This document shows, piece by piece, positions 49,868 through 59,223 of a stretch of 60,608 nucleotides of DNA. The stretch covers positions 1 to 60,608 of the forward strand of contig JANMKM010000409.1 of the NCBI GenBank assembly GCA_031372035.1. The letters are read 5' to 3'. Made by a program: the position numbers and the translations under genes. The notes under the pieces are model-generated. The model was not told where the DNA came from and did not search any database. It worked only from the letters and a program-made list of their open reading frames with translations. This DNA comes from Rhodoferax sp. (GTDB lineage Bacteria > Pseudomonadota > Gammaproteobacteria > Burkholderiales > Burkholderiaceae_C). Numbering within the stretch: the stretch's first letter is position 1; each line of letters starts with the position of its first letter.

Positions 49868-50545
49868 TCAGCCCTTCAGTCTTTCGTTCTGCGGGAACAG
49901 CGCACGCCGCGCTTCGTCGTCCAGCTCGGTCTTGAATGCGTACCGGTCCTTCAACGCGGCAGCACGCTGCGCGGCCGGCTGCTCGTTCACCGCATCGAGC
50001 AGCCGCTTCACATGGGGCAACTGCTCCCAGGCTTCGGCGCCGAGCGCAACGGGCACTGCTCGCGCCCAGCCCCAAACAGCGATGTCCAGCAGGGTGTACT
50101 GCCCGCTGACCATCCACGATCGGTCTGCCAAGTGCGTGTCGAGAATCTTCCAGTGCCGCCAGGCTTCGAAGTCATAGCGGTTGAGCGCGTAGGGGTTGGG
50201 TTCTGGCGCGTAGTGTTTGAAGTGCACGCATTGGCCGGTGAAAGGCCCGATGCCGTAAGCCACGAACATCAGCCACGAAAGCATGCGACCACGGTCCGGG
50301 GACGCGGGCAGGAACTGGCCTGTCTTCTCTGCCAGGAAAAGCAGGATCGCATTGCTGTCGAAGACCGTCGTCTCCGCGTCGACGATCACCGGCACCTTGG
50401 CGTTTGGATTCAAGGCGGTGAATGCAGCGGCATGCTGCTCGCCTTTGCGCGTGTCCACCTGGATGGCCTCGTACGGCAGACCCGACTCTTCCAGGAAGAG
50501 CGCCACTTTCATGGGGTTGGGTGCGAGCGAGTAGTAAAACTTCAA
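49868..50545 (-). CDS. Glutathione S-transferase (YfcG-like)
   Basis: KFYYSLAPNPMKV, NPNAKVP, FDSNAIL; TTG start (ATC stands where ATG is expected). Confidence 0.85.
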   Translation of the reverse strand: MKFYYSLAPNPMKVALFLEESGLPYEAIQVDTRKGEQHAAAFTALNPNAKVPVIVDAETTVFDSNAILLFLAEKTGQFLPASPDRGRMLSWLMFVAYGIGPFTGQCVHFKHYAPEPNPYALNRYDFEAWRHWKILDTHLADRSWMVSGQYTLLDIAVWGWARAVPVALGAEAWEQLPHVKRLLDAVNEQPAAQRAAALKDRYAFKTELDDEARRALFPQNERLKG

Positions 50546-50682
50546 GATGGTTGGCGCTTCTGAGTGGTTGTTGTCGCCTGCATTGTGGTGCCATCGGTCG
50601 GACTCGGTCCGGCAACGGGAAAATGACGGGACTCTTCCATGTGTGTACTCCGCTATGCTCACTGCATTCTTGGAGTGGCCGA

Positions 50683-51138
50683 ATGGAATTGCCTTTGTTG
50701 AAGAAGCGCGCACTTTGGGTCTTTGTTGCCACGGTCATCGCGATCGGCGGCTACTTTGCCCATACAGCCTGGCAAACGCAACGCGGCGAGGCAGCTCTCA
50801 AGGCCACCGCGCTCGAGTTCTTGCCGCTTCAGCAGGCATTGGCGCTGGCGAAAGTGCAGGGCAAACCGGTGCTGGTGGACTTTTCGGCCATCTGGTGCCC
50901 GACCTGTCGCGTGCTGCACGCGGAGGTCTTCACGAGCGCAACGGTCAAGGAGGCGATCACGACGGGTTTCGTGCTGTCGCGCGTCGACTACGAATCGCCG
51001 GAGGCCCGGACCTTTATGCAACGCTACGAAGTACAGGGATTCCCAACGCTGCTGGTGCTGTCCGCCGAGGGCAGGCTGGTGCGCCGCGTGCCCATCAGCT
51101 TTGATCCCGTCGCGCTCGCCACGTCGCTTCGCGGTTGA
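50683..51138 (+). CDS. Membrane-anchored thioredoxin family protein
   Basis: TM anchor; DFSAIWCPTC; GFPT. Confidence 0.88.
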   Translation: MELPLLKKRALWVFVATVIAIGGYFAHTAWQTQRGEAALKATALEFLPLQQALALAKVQGKPVLVDFSAIWCPTCRVLHAEVFTSATVKEAITTGFVLSRVDYESPEARTFMQRYEVQGFPTLLVLSAEGRLVRRVPISFDPVALATSLRG

Positions 51139-51523
51139 CATGTCGCCTGGCCGTGCGGCGAGGAACCCCCCGGCGCGAACCACCCTCAATCCGCCGCGAC
51201 CCTGCCCTGCGCGGCGGATGGGCTGGCCAGAACGAGCGCCAGGGCCGAAGCCAAGGCTGACGTGAGGACAATGCGGGCATTCATAAAAACCTTGCTGGCA
51301 GGAATGACGGTGGATCGGCGGTCATGTCGACGTCGGGCGCCGGACGGCGCCTATGTCGCACCGGCATCCCCGAGCCTAAGACCAGCGAGAACGGCGCCGG
51401 CGCGCAACGATTCCGGCAGGTGGGTCAATGCTATCGATGCAAGGCTTGGCGGGGTTGCCAGCAGAGCAAGTCGCCTGCCTGGTCGCCAAGCAGGGGCGTG
51501 CCCTGGGCGCCCTACAGATTCAG

Positions 51524-53137
51524 CTACAGCAACGATTCGGGGATGATCGGGGACAAGATCCTGAGTTTCAGCCGCAGCCAGAACGACGAATCGGGCTCTT
51601 CGTCCAGCACCGTCTCTCGGCCGTCAGCCTGGCTCACCCACTCGAGCCCCTTGCCATCCGCCGAGCGCCGCACGCGGTAGGCGTTTTGCAAGCGGTCGAT
51701 GTCGATGACCTGGATCAGCTCGCGCGCCAGCTCGGCGCTGGTGATCACGGCGCCCAGTTCGGTGTTGATGGTGGCGGAACGCGGGTCGAGATTCATCGAG
51801 CCGACGAAGATCGTCTCGCGGTCGACCACAGCCAGCTTGGCGTGCAGCCGGCCCAGCGACGCGCCGAAAAGATTCAGGCGCTTGTTTCGCTTGACGAGCG
51901 AAGAGCTGATTTCGTAGATCTCCACGCCAAGGTCCAGCATCGGTTCGCGATAGTCGTAGTAGCCCAGGTGCACCACGGGTTCGTCGGTCGCGCCCAATGA
52001 GTTGGTCAGCATCACGACGCTGACGTCGCGTGCGCGCACTTCACGAATCAGCTCCATGCCGTCCTTGCCCGGCACCAGGTAGGGTGACGACACGACGATC
52101 TCCGTGCGCGCCTTGCGCAGCGCCTCGAACACGTTGTAGGTGACGCTGGTTTCCATCAGGTTGCCGCCGGCCTCGCCGTCGAAAGGCTTGTCGGGGTGAT
52201 CGGCAAAGACGTAGGCGTCAGCCCAGATCAGGGCCAGCCGGCCGCGGTCCAGGTCGTCGGCGATCGGGCCATATCCGAGGATGTCCGTGGCCGGCAGTGG
52301 CCCCGGCGGGGGCGTGTTGTCTGGCCCGGTCCAGGCTTCGAATCTCTGGCGCAGCACCTCGCTGCTAAATGCGCTGCGCGTGACGGCCTCGATGGGGTAG
52401 ACCGCGTCGGCGTTCCAGTATCGATCGAACAAGGCCTGCGCCGGTGCGACGATGAAGCCGACGGTGAAGGCGTCGAAGTCGATGAAGTTCTCGCCCATGC
52501 TGCGCAGGAAGAATTCGTTGGCTACATTGCGACCGCCGATCACCGCCATGGCGCCGTCGGCGACGAACAGCTTGTTGTGCATGCGGTGGTTGACGCGCTT
52601 CCAATCGCCCACCGACGCCATGAAACGCGCCGCCTGGCCACGCTCGCGCAGGCAGCAGAATGGATTGAAGATGCGCACTTCCACGTTCTTGTGGGCAGCA
52701 AAGGCCAGGAACAGCTCGTCCTGGCCGCCGGTGTAGAAGTCATCGATCAACAGCCGCACGCGCACGCCGCGGTCGGCGGCATCGCGCAACGCGCGCAGCA
52801 GCCAGCGACCGGTCTCGTCGTTTTCGAGGTGGTAGTACTGGACGTCCAGCGACACCTCGGCCCGTCGGGCCAGCTGAATTCGCGTGTCCAGCGAGAACTT
52901 ACCCAGCGGCATCAGGCGGAAACCCGACAGGTTCTGGCCGGGGTCGCCGTTGCTGGCGATGCGTCCGAGCGCGGTGTCCTTGGACAGGCCGATCGCCTCG
53001 CTGGCGCTGGCCTTTCGGTCGACAGGCGCCAACGAAGCACAGCCGCCGAGCAGCGCAAAAAGGACCGCGGCTGCCAGCCAGCGGCTTGCGGTTCGCCAGG
53101 CAGACAAGGGGGGTTCAAGTAAAGCGTGCAGCGTCAT
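51524..53137 (-). CDS. Phospholipase D family lipoprotein (ClsC/YmdC-like)
   Basis: LGGC lipobox; two HKD motifs RMHNKLFVAD and LHAKLAVVD; GSMNLDPRS. Confidence 0.92.
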   Translation of the reverse strand: MTLHALLEPPLSAWRTASRWLAAAVLFALLGGCASLAPVDRKASASEAIGLSKDTALGRIASNGDPGQNLSGFRLMPLGKFSLDTRIQLARRAEVSLDVQYYHLENDETGRWLLRALRDAADRGVRVRLLIDDFYTGGQDELFLAFAAHKNVEVRIFNPFCCLRERGQAARFMASVGDWKRVNHRMHNKLFVADGAMAVIGGRNVANEFFLRSMGENFIDFDAFTVGFIVAPAQALFDRYWNADAVYPIEAVTRSAFSSEVLRQRFEAWTGPDNTPPPGPLPATDILGYGPIADDLDRGRLALIWADAYVFADHPDKPFDGEAGGNLMETSVTYNVFEALRKARTEIVVSSPYLVPGKDGMELIREVRARDVSVVMLTNSLGATDEPVVHLGYYDYREPMLDLGVEIYEISSSLVKRNKRLNLFGASLGRLHAKLAVVDRETIFVGSMNLDPRSATINTELGAVITSAELARELIQVIDIDRLQNAYRVRRSADGKGLEWVSQADGRETVLDEEPDSSFWLRLKLRILSPIIPESLL

Positions 53138-53175
53138 GGCAGTTCGGCAGGTAGTTGGTAGTGGCCGATGGCGGT

Positions 53176-53496
53176 TTATCGCCCACCATCTTTCAGTCGC
53201 GCTGCAACGCAAGACATTACAAGATTGCCGGTGCCGGTGGCACTCGCGGACTGAACCGGCATGCCAGCGAGGCTTTGCGACGTTGTGCTTCGGTTGAACA
53301 ACTCGACAAAGTCATTCTTGAAACTTGCGTTCGCGTTGCCACCGCCACCATACACCTGGCTGATGACGACGTTGCCCGGTCCGGCTTGTGCCGCCCCCGC
53401 CGAGGCAAGGAGCAGCGTCAGCGCGATCCAGGACGGGAGTGAAGCAGCACGCGATATGGACGACACGGTGATCCCAGGGATGGAAATAGCGGGCAA
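53176..53496 (-). pseudogene. Lamin-tail-domain (ExeM/NucH-type nuclease) N-terminal fragment
   Basis: Signal peptide + VVISQVYGGGGN...NDFVELFN; truncated where promoter motif 8 begins. Confidence 0.75.
53195..53221 (-). promoter_or_regulatory. ECF-type promoter motif 8
   Basis: TGTAAT-N16-CGACT upstream of the PLD gene. Confidence 0.75.
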
Positions 53497-53704
53497 GGCG
53501 GGCCCTTCATCATTTCATCCTTGCGTTGCGCTCGTTCGAACGCAACAGGCCGTCGGCGTAGGCCGTACGGACCATGCCTGCGCGCAAGGCATGCTCCGGC
53601 ACCGAGCGGCCGCCATAGGCCGACGGCCGCCGGGCAGTGCTCAGCCGTCACTGCGATTCAATGGCTCCAACCGGGCTCCGGTGCCCGCAAGAGAAGGACT
53701 GGCA

Positions 53705-54601
53705 TCACACACTATCGGCGCGCCCTTGGCCCCAGCCATAGGCCAACAGCGATTCGATGACGGCCTGACGCGCAGAACTGGTGGGCCGTTCGGCCTGCGT
53801 CAGCACCCGGACCTCCCGAACAATGGGCACATCGGCAATGGTCACGTGGGCCAGGCCGGCGGCCCGGGCAAGTGAGATGGGCATGAAAGCGACACCCAGA
53901 TTCGCACGCACCAAGGCCTGTATCCAGTCCTCGCGTGACGATTGTTGAACCACTTCCAGCATCACGCTCTTCTCGAGCAGCAGACGTTCGATATAAGTCG
54001 AAAATTCGCACATCACACGTTCGCAGTAGTGTTCGCGGTGCAGTTCTGCCATCTCGACGCTCGTGCGTCCGCCAAAGCGGTGGTCGTCGCCGATCGCCAG
54101 CACGTACTCCTCGCTGAACAGCAGCGTGGCAGCAAAGCGCTTCGGAAACTCGTAGGGTGAGCACATGATGCCCACGTCCACATCGCCCTCGTCGAGTGCG
54201 TCGGTCAAGGCCTCGAGATTGCCTTCCCGAAAACTCAACTCGACCTCCGTGCGGCCCTCCTGGCTTTCGAGGAAACCCGGCAACACCTCATGGAAGTTGA
54301 TCGTGCACATCACGCCGACGCGCACCATCTCCTTCTGCGGCCGGGTAAGGCGTCGCGCCTCATTGCGTGCATGGTTGGCGGTATCGTAGATCTGGCGGAA
54401 GTTCGGCAGCATGCCACGACCCAGCTCGGTGAGCTGGACCGAGTTCTTCTTACGGTCGAACAAGCGCCCGCCGATGGTCTCTTCCAGACGCTGGACAGCC
54501 TTGGTAAGGGCCGGCTGCGACACAAAAGAGCGCTCAGACGCCCGCGTGAAGTTCAGCGTGTCGGCAACGGCCAGGAAATAGCGGATTTGGTAGAGCTCCA
54601 T
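53705..54601 (-). CDS. LysR family transcriptional regulator
   Basis: MELYQIRYFLAVADTLNFTRASERSFVSQPALTKAVQRLE HTH. Confidence 0.95.
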   Translation of the reverse strand: MELYQIRYFLAVADTLNFTRASERSFVSQPALTKAVQRLEETIGGRLFDRKKNSVQLTELGRGMLPNFRQIYDTANHARNEARRLTRPQKEMVRVGVMCTINFHEVLPGFLESQEGRTEVELSFREGNLEALTDALDEGDVDVGIMCSPYEFPKRFAATLLFSEEYVLAIGDDHRFGGRTSVEMAELHREHYCERVMCEFSTYIERLLLEKSVMLEVVQQSSREDWIQALVRANLGVAFMPISLARAAGLAHVTIADVPIVREVRVLTQAERPTSSARQAVIESLLAYGWGQGRADSV

Positions 54602-54609
54602 CACGTCTT

Positions 54610-54636
54610 GGTCGGTAGGGGTAGCCAAACCTTACA
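54610..54636 (-). promoter_or_regulatory. ECF-type promoter motif 9
   Basis: TGTAAG-N16-CGACC ending 8 nt before the LysR ATG. Confidence 0.7.
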
Positions 54637-54655
54637 ACGATTGAACGCCGACGCC

Positions 54656-54670
54656 ATAACTGGCAGCTAT
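54656..54670. promoter_or_regulatory. Putative LysR box
   Basis: ATAAC-TGGCA-GCTAT dyad containing T-N11-A in the divergent lysR/ndh spacer. Confidence 0.5.
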
Positions 54671-54742
54671 CGGCCGATGAATTCTTGTGATTTTCCGAAG
54701 CGACCGCATGGGCCTACGCTTGCCTTCTTCGTTGAGCAAGCC

Positions 54743-56074
54743 ATGGACACCCACACTCCCAACATCAGAACCATCGTGATCGCTGGCGGCGGCTTTGCCG
54801 GCACGACACTGGCGCGCGCCCTCGAAGGCCGCGTGCCAGTTGGCTGGGAGGTCATGCTGCTGAGCGAGGAAAGCTACACCACCTTCCATCCGATGCTGGC
54901 CGAAGTAGTCGGGGCGACCGTGTTTCCTGAGCACGTCATCGCACCGATCCGGGAGATGGTACCCGCGACCCGTTTCATCATGGGCCGACTTCAGCAGGTC
55001 GACAGTGTCAGGCACACGCTGGTTTGCTCGACGCTGGCCGGATCGCTGGAGATCGCCTTCGACCACCTGGTTCTGGCCGTCGGCCAGCGGGCAAACCTGA
55101 CGATCATCCCGGGCTTGGCCCAGCACGCTCTGCCGCTCAAGCTCGTCGGCGACGCGATGCACATCCGCAACCGCCTGCTGCAGCGGCTGGCCCACATCGA
55201 GCTGGTCAGGGACGAGCAGCAGCGGCGCTCGTTGGGTCATTTCGTCGTCATCGGCGGGGGCTTCTCGGGTGTGGAGGTTGCGGGTGCCGTGGCTGACTTC
55301 ATCCGCAGCGCCCACCGCCACTATCGCCGCGTCACGGCCGACGAGCTCCGTGTCACGCTGCTGCATGACATGGACCGCTTGCTGCCGGAAATGCCGGCCC
55401 GCCTCGGCGCGGTGGCTGAGCGGTCGCTGCGCCAGCGTGGCGTCGACGTACGCCTGGGCGCGCGCGCCGCAAGTGTCGACGCCCATGGCGTCGAACTGAG
55501 CGACGGCACCCGCCTGGCGGCCGACACCGTCATCTGCACGATCGGCGTGCGCAGCCATGCGCTGGTCGAGCAGCTGGCCTTGCCGGTGCTGCGCGGCCGC
55601 ATCGTGACCGAGCCCGACGGCCAGGTCCCGGGTCGGCCCCGCCTGTGGGCCCTTGGCGATTGCGCGGCGACTGTCAATGCGGTCGATGGGCTGACCAGCG
55701 CACCGACCGCACAGTTTGCAGTTGCACAAGCCGAGCAACTGGCGCGCAACCTCGTCGTACATATCGAAGGGCGTGCCACGCGTGCGTTCAGCCACCGGTC
55801 GAAGGGGATGATGGCCACAACCGGGCACCACAAAGGCGTGGCACAGCTGCTTGGCGTGTACCTGACCGGCCTGCCTGCCTGGCTGGTTTGGCGCGCCTAC
55901 TACCTGATGCGCATGCCCACGTTGGGCCGCAAGGTCCGCATCTGGGTGGAATGGACCTGGAGCCTGTTCTTCCCGGTGGACATCACCCACTTGCGCTTCA
56001 CCCGCACCGCAGATATCGACGCGCCATTCGCAGAGCAGGCGCGCGCCACCCCGGCTCACAGCCAACCACTCTAG
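54743..56074 (+). CDS. Type II NADH dehydrogenase-like FAD oxidoreductase
   Basis: GGGFAG, GGGFSGVEVAG, WALGDCA, APTAQFA, C-terminal amphipathic region. Confidence 0.9.
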   Translation: MDTHTPNIRTIVIAGGGFAGTTLARALEGRVPVGWEVMLLSEESYTTFHPMLAEVVGATVFPEHVIAPIREMVPATRFIMGRLQQVDSVRHTLVCSTLAGSLEIAFDHLVLAVGQRANLTIIPGLAQHALPLKLVGDAMHIRNRLLQRLAHIELVRDEQQRRSLGHFVVIGGGFSGVEVAGAVADFIRSAHRHYRRVTADELRVTLLHDMDRLLPEMPARLGAVAERSLRQRGVDVRLGARAASVDAHGVELSDGTRLAADTVICTIGVRSHALVEQLALPVLRGRIVTEPDGQVPGRPRLWALGDCAATVNAVDGLTSAPTAQFAVAQAEQLARNLVVHIEGRATRAFSHRSKGMMATTGHHKGVAQLLGVYLTGLPAWLVWRAYYLMRMPTLGRKVRIWVEWTWSLFFPVDITHLRFTRTADIDAPFAEQARATPAHSQPL

Positions 56075-56086
56075 GAGCACTTCATC

Positions 56087-56869
56087 ATGTTCATCGGCAA
56101 GACTGCCCTCGTCACCGGCTCGACCTCCGGTATCGGCCTGGGCATAGCACGCAGCCTGGCGGCGCAAGGGGCGAATGTCGTCCTCAACGGTTTCGGCGAC
56201 CCCAGCGCCATTGCCCGACTGAAGGACGAACTCGCCGAGCTCTACGACGTGCAGGTGCGCTACGACGGGGCCGACATGAGCCGGCCCGAAGCCATCGAGG
56301 CGATGATGGGCAAGGCCCTTTCGGAGTTTGGCTGCATCGACCTGCTCATCAACAACGCCGGCATTCAGCATGTGGCGCCAGTGGACGAGTTCCCGGTGGA
56401 CAAGTGGTACGCGATCCTGGCCATCAACCTGTCGGCCGGCTTCCACACCACCCGGCTGGCGCTGCCCGCGATGAAAATGAAGGGCTTTGGCCGCATCGTC
56501 AACATTGCTTCGGCCCATGCACTGGTGGCCAGCCCCTACAAGTCGGCCTATGTCACCGCCAAGCATGGCGTAGCCGGCTTCACCAAGACCGTGGCACTCG
56601 AAGTCGCTGAAGCCGGTATCACCGTCAACGCGGTGTGCCCTGGCTACGTGCTGACGCCGCTGGTCGAACAGCAGATCCCGGACACCGCCAGGGCGCGTGG
56701 CATCAGCAACGACGAAGTTGTCCGTAATGTGCTGCTGGCGGCACAACCGACCAAGAAGTTCGTGACCGTCGAACAGGTGGCAGCACTGACCTCCTTCCTG
56801 TGCACCGAGGACGCGGCCGCCATTACCGGTGCCATCCTGCCCATCGAAGGTGGCTGGACAGCGCAGTGA
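56087..56869 (+). CDS. bdhA: 3-hydroxybutyrate dehydrogenase
   Basis: TGSTSGIG, NNAGIQHVAP, SAHALVASPYKSAYVTAKHG. Confidence 0.92.
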   Translation: MFIGKTALVTGSTSGIGLGIARSLAAQGANVVLNGFGDPSAIARLKDELAELYDVQVRYDGADMSRPEAIEAMMGKALSEFGCIDLLINNAGIQHVAPVDEFPVDKWYAILAINLSAGFHTTRLALPAMKMKGFGRIVNIASAHALVASPYKSAYVTAKHGVAGFTKTVALEVAEAGITVNAVCPGYVLTPLVEQQIPDTARARGISNDEVVRNVLLAAQPTKKFVTVEQVAALTSFLCTEDAAAITGAILPIEGGWTAQ

Positions 56870-56943
56870 ACCGCCGCCCTCCCCCCGTTTCTGAATTCTT
56901 TCATCAACCCGGCCTTTTGTGCCAACCCACAAGGAGAACTTCC

Positions 56944-57417
56944 ATGAACAACCCGACCTTCCGCCGGATCGCCGTCGCTTCCGCGCTCGCGCTCGCCGGT
57001 CTTGCCCACGCCGGCCAATGCCCTGCCGACAAGCTTGCGGCCAACGATCTGCCGGGGGCCGCCACGGCACCGGTCGGCGTAGTCGACACAGAACTCGCTT
57101 CCGTCGACCTGGCCAGGGAGAACGTCAAGCTCGACCAGCGCCGCCTGCGTTTGCGTCACATGACCATCGCGCCTGGCGGCATCGTGCCCATGCACAGCCA
57201 TGAAGACCGGCCGGCGCTGATCATGGTCAACAGCGGCGAGATCTACGAATACAACAGCAAGTGCGCGGTGCCCATCTTGCACAAGGCTGGCGAAACCGCG
57301 CGTGAATTCATGGGCACCAAGCACTGGTGGAAAAACACCGGCTCGGTACAGGTCGACCTGACCATCGGCGACATCGTCAACGACAAGAAGCCGGCCACGA
57401 TGGAAAAGATGATGTAA
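56944..57417 (+). CDS. Secreted cupin domain protein
   Basis: Signal peptide; PGGIVPMHSHEDRPA...EIYE...HWWKN. Confidence 0.88.
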   Translation: MNNPTFRRIAVASALALAGLAHAGQCPADKLAANDLPGAATAPVGVVDTELASVDLARENVKLDQRRLRLRHMTIAPGGIVPMHSHEDRPALIMVNSGEIYEYNSKCAVPILHKAGETAREFMGTKHWWKNTGSVQVDLTIGDIVNDKKPATMEKMM

Positions 57418-57439
57418 GCCTGAACCCGCGCAGCCGACT
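57413..57439 (+). promoter_or_regulatory. ECF-type promoter motif 10
   Basis: TGTAAG-N16-CGACT overlapping the cupin stop, upstream of the patatin gene. Confidence 0.7.
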
Positions 57440-57498
57440 GTTTGATGCCGGCGCGGGGCCACCCTGTCCAACGAGAAATGCAGTTTAGGAGACTCACG

Positions 57499-58638
57499 AT
57501 GAACACGACCACAGCCACCGCTGGCGCAAGCCGGCGCCGCCGCGAAGCCCCACAGTCCGGCCTGCCCGGCGAGGTGGTGCTGGTGCTTCAGGGCGGCGGC
57601 GCCCTGGGGGCCTACCAGGTTGGCGTCTATGAAGCGCTGCACGACGCAGGCATCGAACCCGCCTGGGTCATCGGCACATCGATCGGCGCTATCAACGCCG
57701 CGCTGATCGCAGGTAACCCACTCGAGCAGCGCATGGAGCGCCTGAACGCGTTCTGGCAGCACGTGGAGCAGCCGAACACAATGGCCGGCCCGCTGGACTG
57801 GCTGGGTATGGGCAACTGGGTGGCCAACATGACCACCGTGATGCGCGGCATCCCGGCGTTCTTCGAGCCCAACACCGCAGCCTTGCGCGGAACGCGGGCC
57901 AACGTGGGCGTGGAATCCGCCGCCTATTACAGCACCGAGCCGCTGCGCCGGACGCTGGGCGAACTGGTGGACTTCAACAGCCTTCAGGACGGGCCCACGC
58001 GGCTGACAGTCGGGGCCGTCAACGCCTGCAGCGGTGCCATGCGCTATTTCGACAGCCGCCGAGAGAGCCTGTGCGTGGAGCATGTGATGGCCTCGGGCGC
58101 GCTGCCACCGGCATTCCCGGCCGTGCGCATCGACGGCGAGCCCTACTGGGACGGCGGCATCTACTCCAACACGCCGATCGAGGCCGTACTCGACGACCGT
58201 CCGCGACGCGACGCGCTGATCTTCGCCGTCAATGTCTGGCACCAGACCGCGCCAGAGCCCGAGTCGATCTGGCAGGTGATGGGCCGGACCAAAGACATCC
58301 AGTTCGCCAGCCGCGCCGACAGCCACATCGCGCGGCAAAAGCAGATTCACCGCCTGCGCCACGTGATCCGCCAATTGACGCAGCAATTGCCGGCCAGCAA
58401 GCAGTCGGACCCGGTGATCAAGGAGCTGTCGTCGTGGGGTTGCGGCACGACGATGCATGTGGCCCATCTGTTGGCGCCGCGTCTGGAAGGCGAGGACCAC
58501 ACCAAGGACATCGACTTTTCGCCGTCAGGCGTCAAGGCACGCCGCGAGGCCGGTTATGCCGACACCATGAGCATGATCGAGCGTTCGCCCTGGCGCGAGC
58601 CGAGCGATCCGATCGAAGGCGTGATTGAACACCGCTGA
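57499..58638 (+). CDS. Patatin-like phospholipase with DUF3734-like C-terminus
   Basis: GGGALG, GTSIG, DGG motifs. Confidence 0.92.
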   Translation: MNTTTATAGASRRRREAPQSGLPGEVVLVLQGGGALGAYQVGVYEALHDAGIEPAWVIGTSIGAINAALIAGNPLEQRMERLNAFWQHVEQPNTMAGPLDWLGMGNWVANMTTVMRGIPAFFEPNTAALRGTRANVGVESAAYYSTEPLRRTLGELVDFNSLQDGPTRLTVGAVNACSGAMRYFDSRRESLCVEHVMASGALPPAFPAVRIDGEPYWDGGIYSNTPIEAVLDDRPRRDALIFAVNVWHQTAPEPESIWQVMGRTKDIQFASRADSHIARQKQIHRLRHVIRQLTQQLPASKQSDPVIKELSSWGCGTTMHVAHLLAPRLEGEDHTKDIDFSPSGVKARREAGYADTMSMIERSPWREPSDPIEGVIEHR

Positions 58639-58695
58639 GCCAGTCGCCTGCACTTCCACCCGCACATCCCCATCGATCAGGATCGAGACAATCAC

Positions 58696-59172
58696 ATGAA
58701 CAACACGACCCGAAACATGTTCGCCGGCGCCATGCTGGCCTTCGCCTGCCTCGGCGCCGCGCACGCGCAAACCGTGGGACTAGACGGCATCATCCGCGTG
58801 CGCAGCGACTACTCGGTGGACGAGACCGTCACGCGCATCCGCGCCGACATCGCGGCCAAGGGCATCATGTTCTTCCAGGCTGTCGATCAGGCACAGCTCG
58901 CCGCGAAGGCCGGTATCAAGTTACGGCCCTCGACGCTGCTGGAGTTCGGCAACCCGCCGCTCGGCGCGCAGTTCCTCACCGCCAACGCCAACGCAGGGCT
59001 GGACTGGCCCGTGCGCCTGCTGGTCACGCAGGACGAGTCGGGGACAGTCTGGGCGAGCTGGACCGATTTCGCCTGGATTGCGAAGCGCCACGGCATCACG
59101 GACCGCAAGATGCAGTTCGACACGGCCTCGGGCGTGGTGCAGTCCATCACGTCGACGGTCATGACGAAGTAG
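58696..59172 (+). CDS. DUF302 family secreted protein
   Basis: SVDETV, FGNPPLG, GLDWPVRLLV. Confidence 0.88.
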   Translation: MNNTTRNMFAGAMLAFACLGAAHAQTVGLDGIIRVRSDYSVDETVTRIRADIAAKGIMFFQAVDQAQLAAKAGIKLRPSTLLEFGNPPLGAQFLTANANAGLDWPVRLLVTQDESGTVWASWTDFAWIAKRHGITDRKMQFDTASGVVQSITSTVMTK

Positions 59173-59223
59173 TTTCTGCGTCAGGTCGGCAGCCCCACCC
59201 ATCCCACGGGCCCTCAAGACACG

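Noticed and set aside
50602-50628. CGTCAT-N16-CGAGT (-) upstream of the GST gene
   Set aside because: Position is plausible, but three mismatches to the consensus; not counted among the ten
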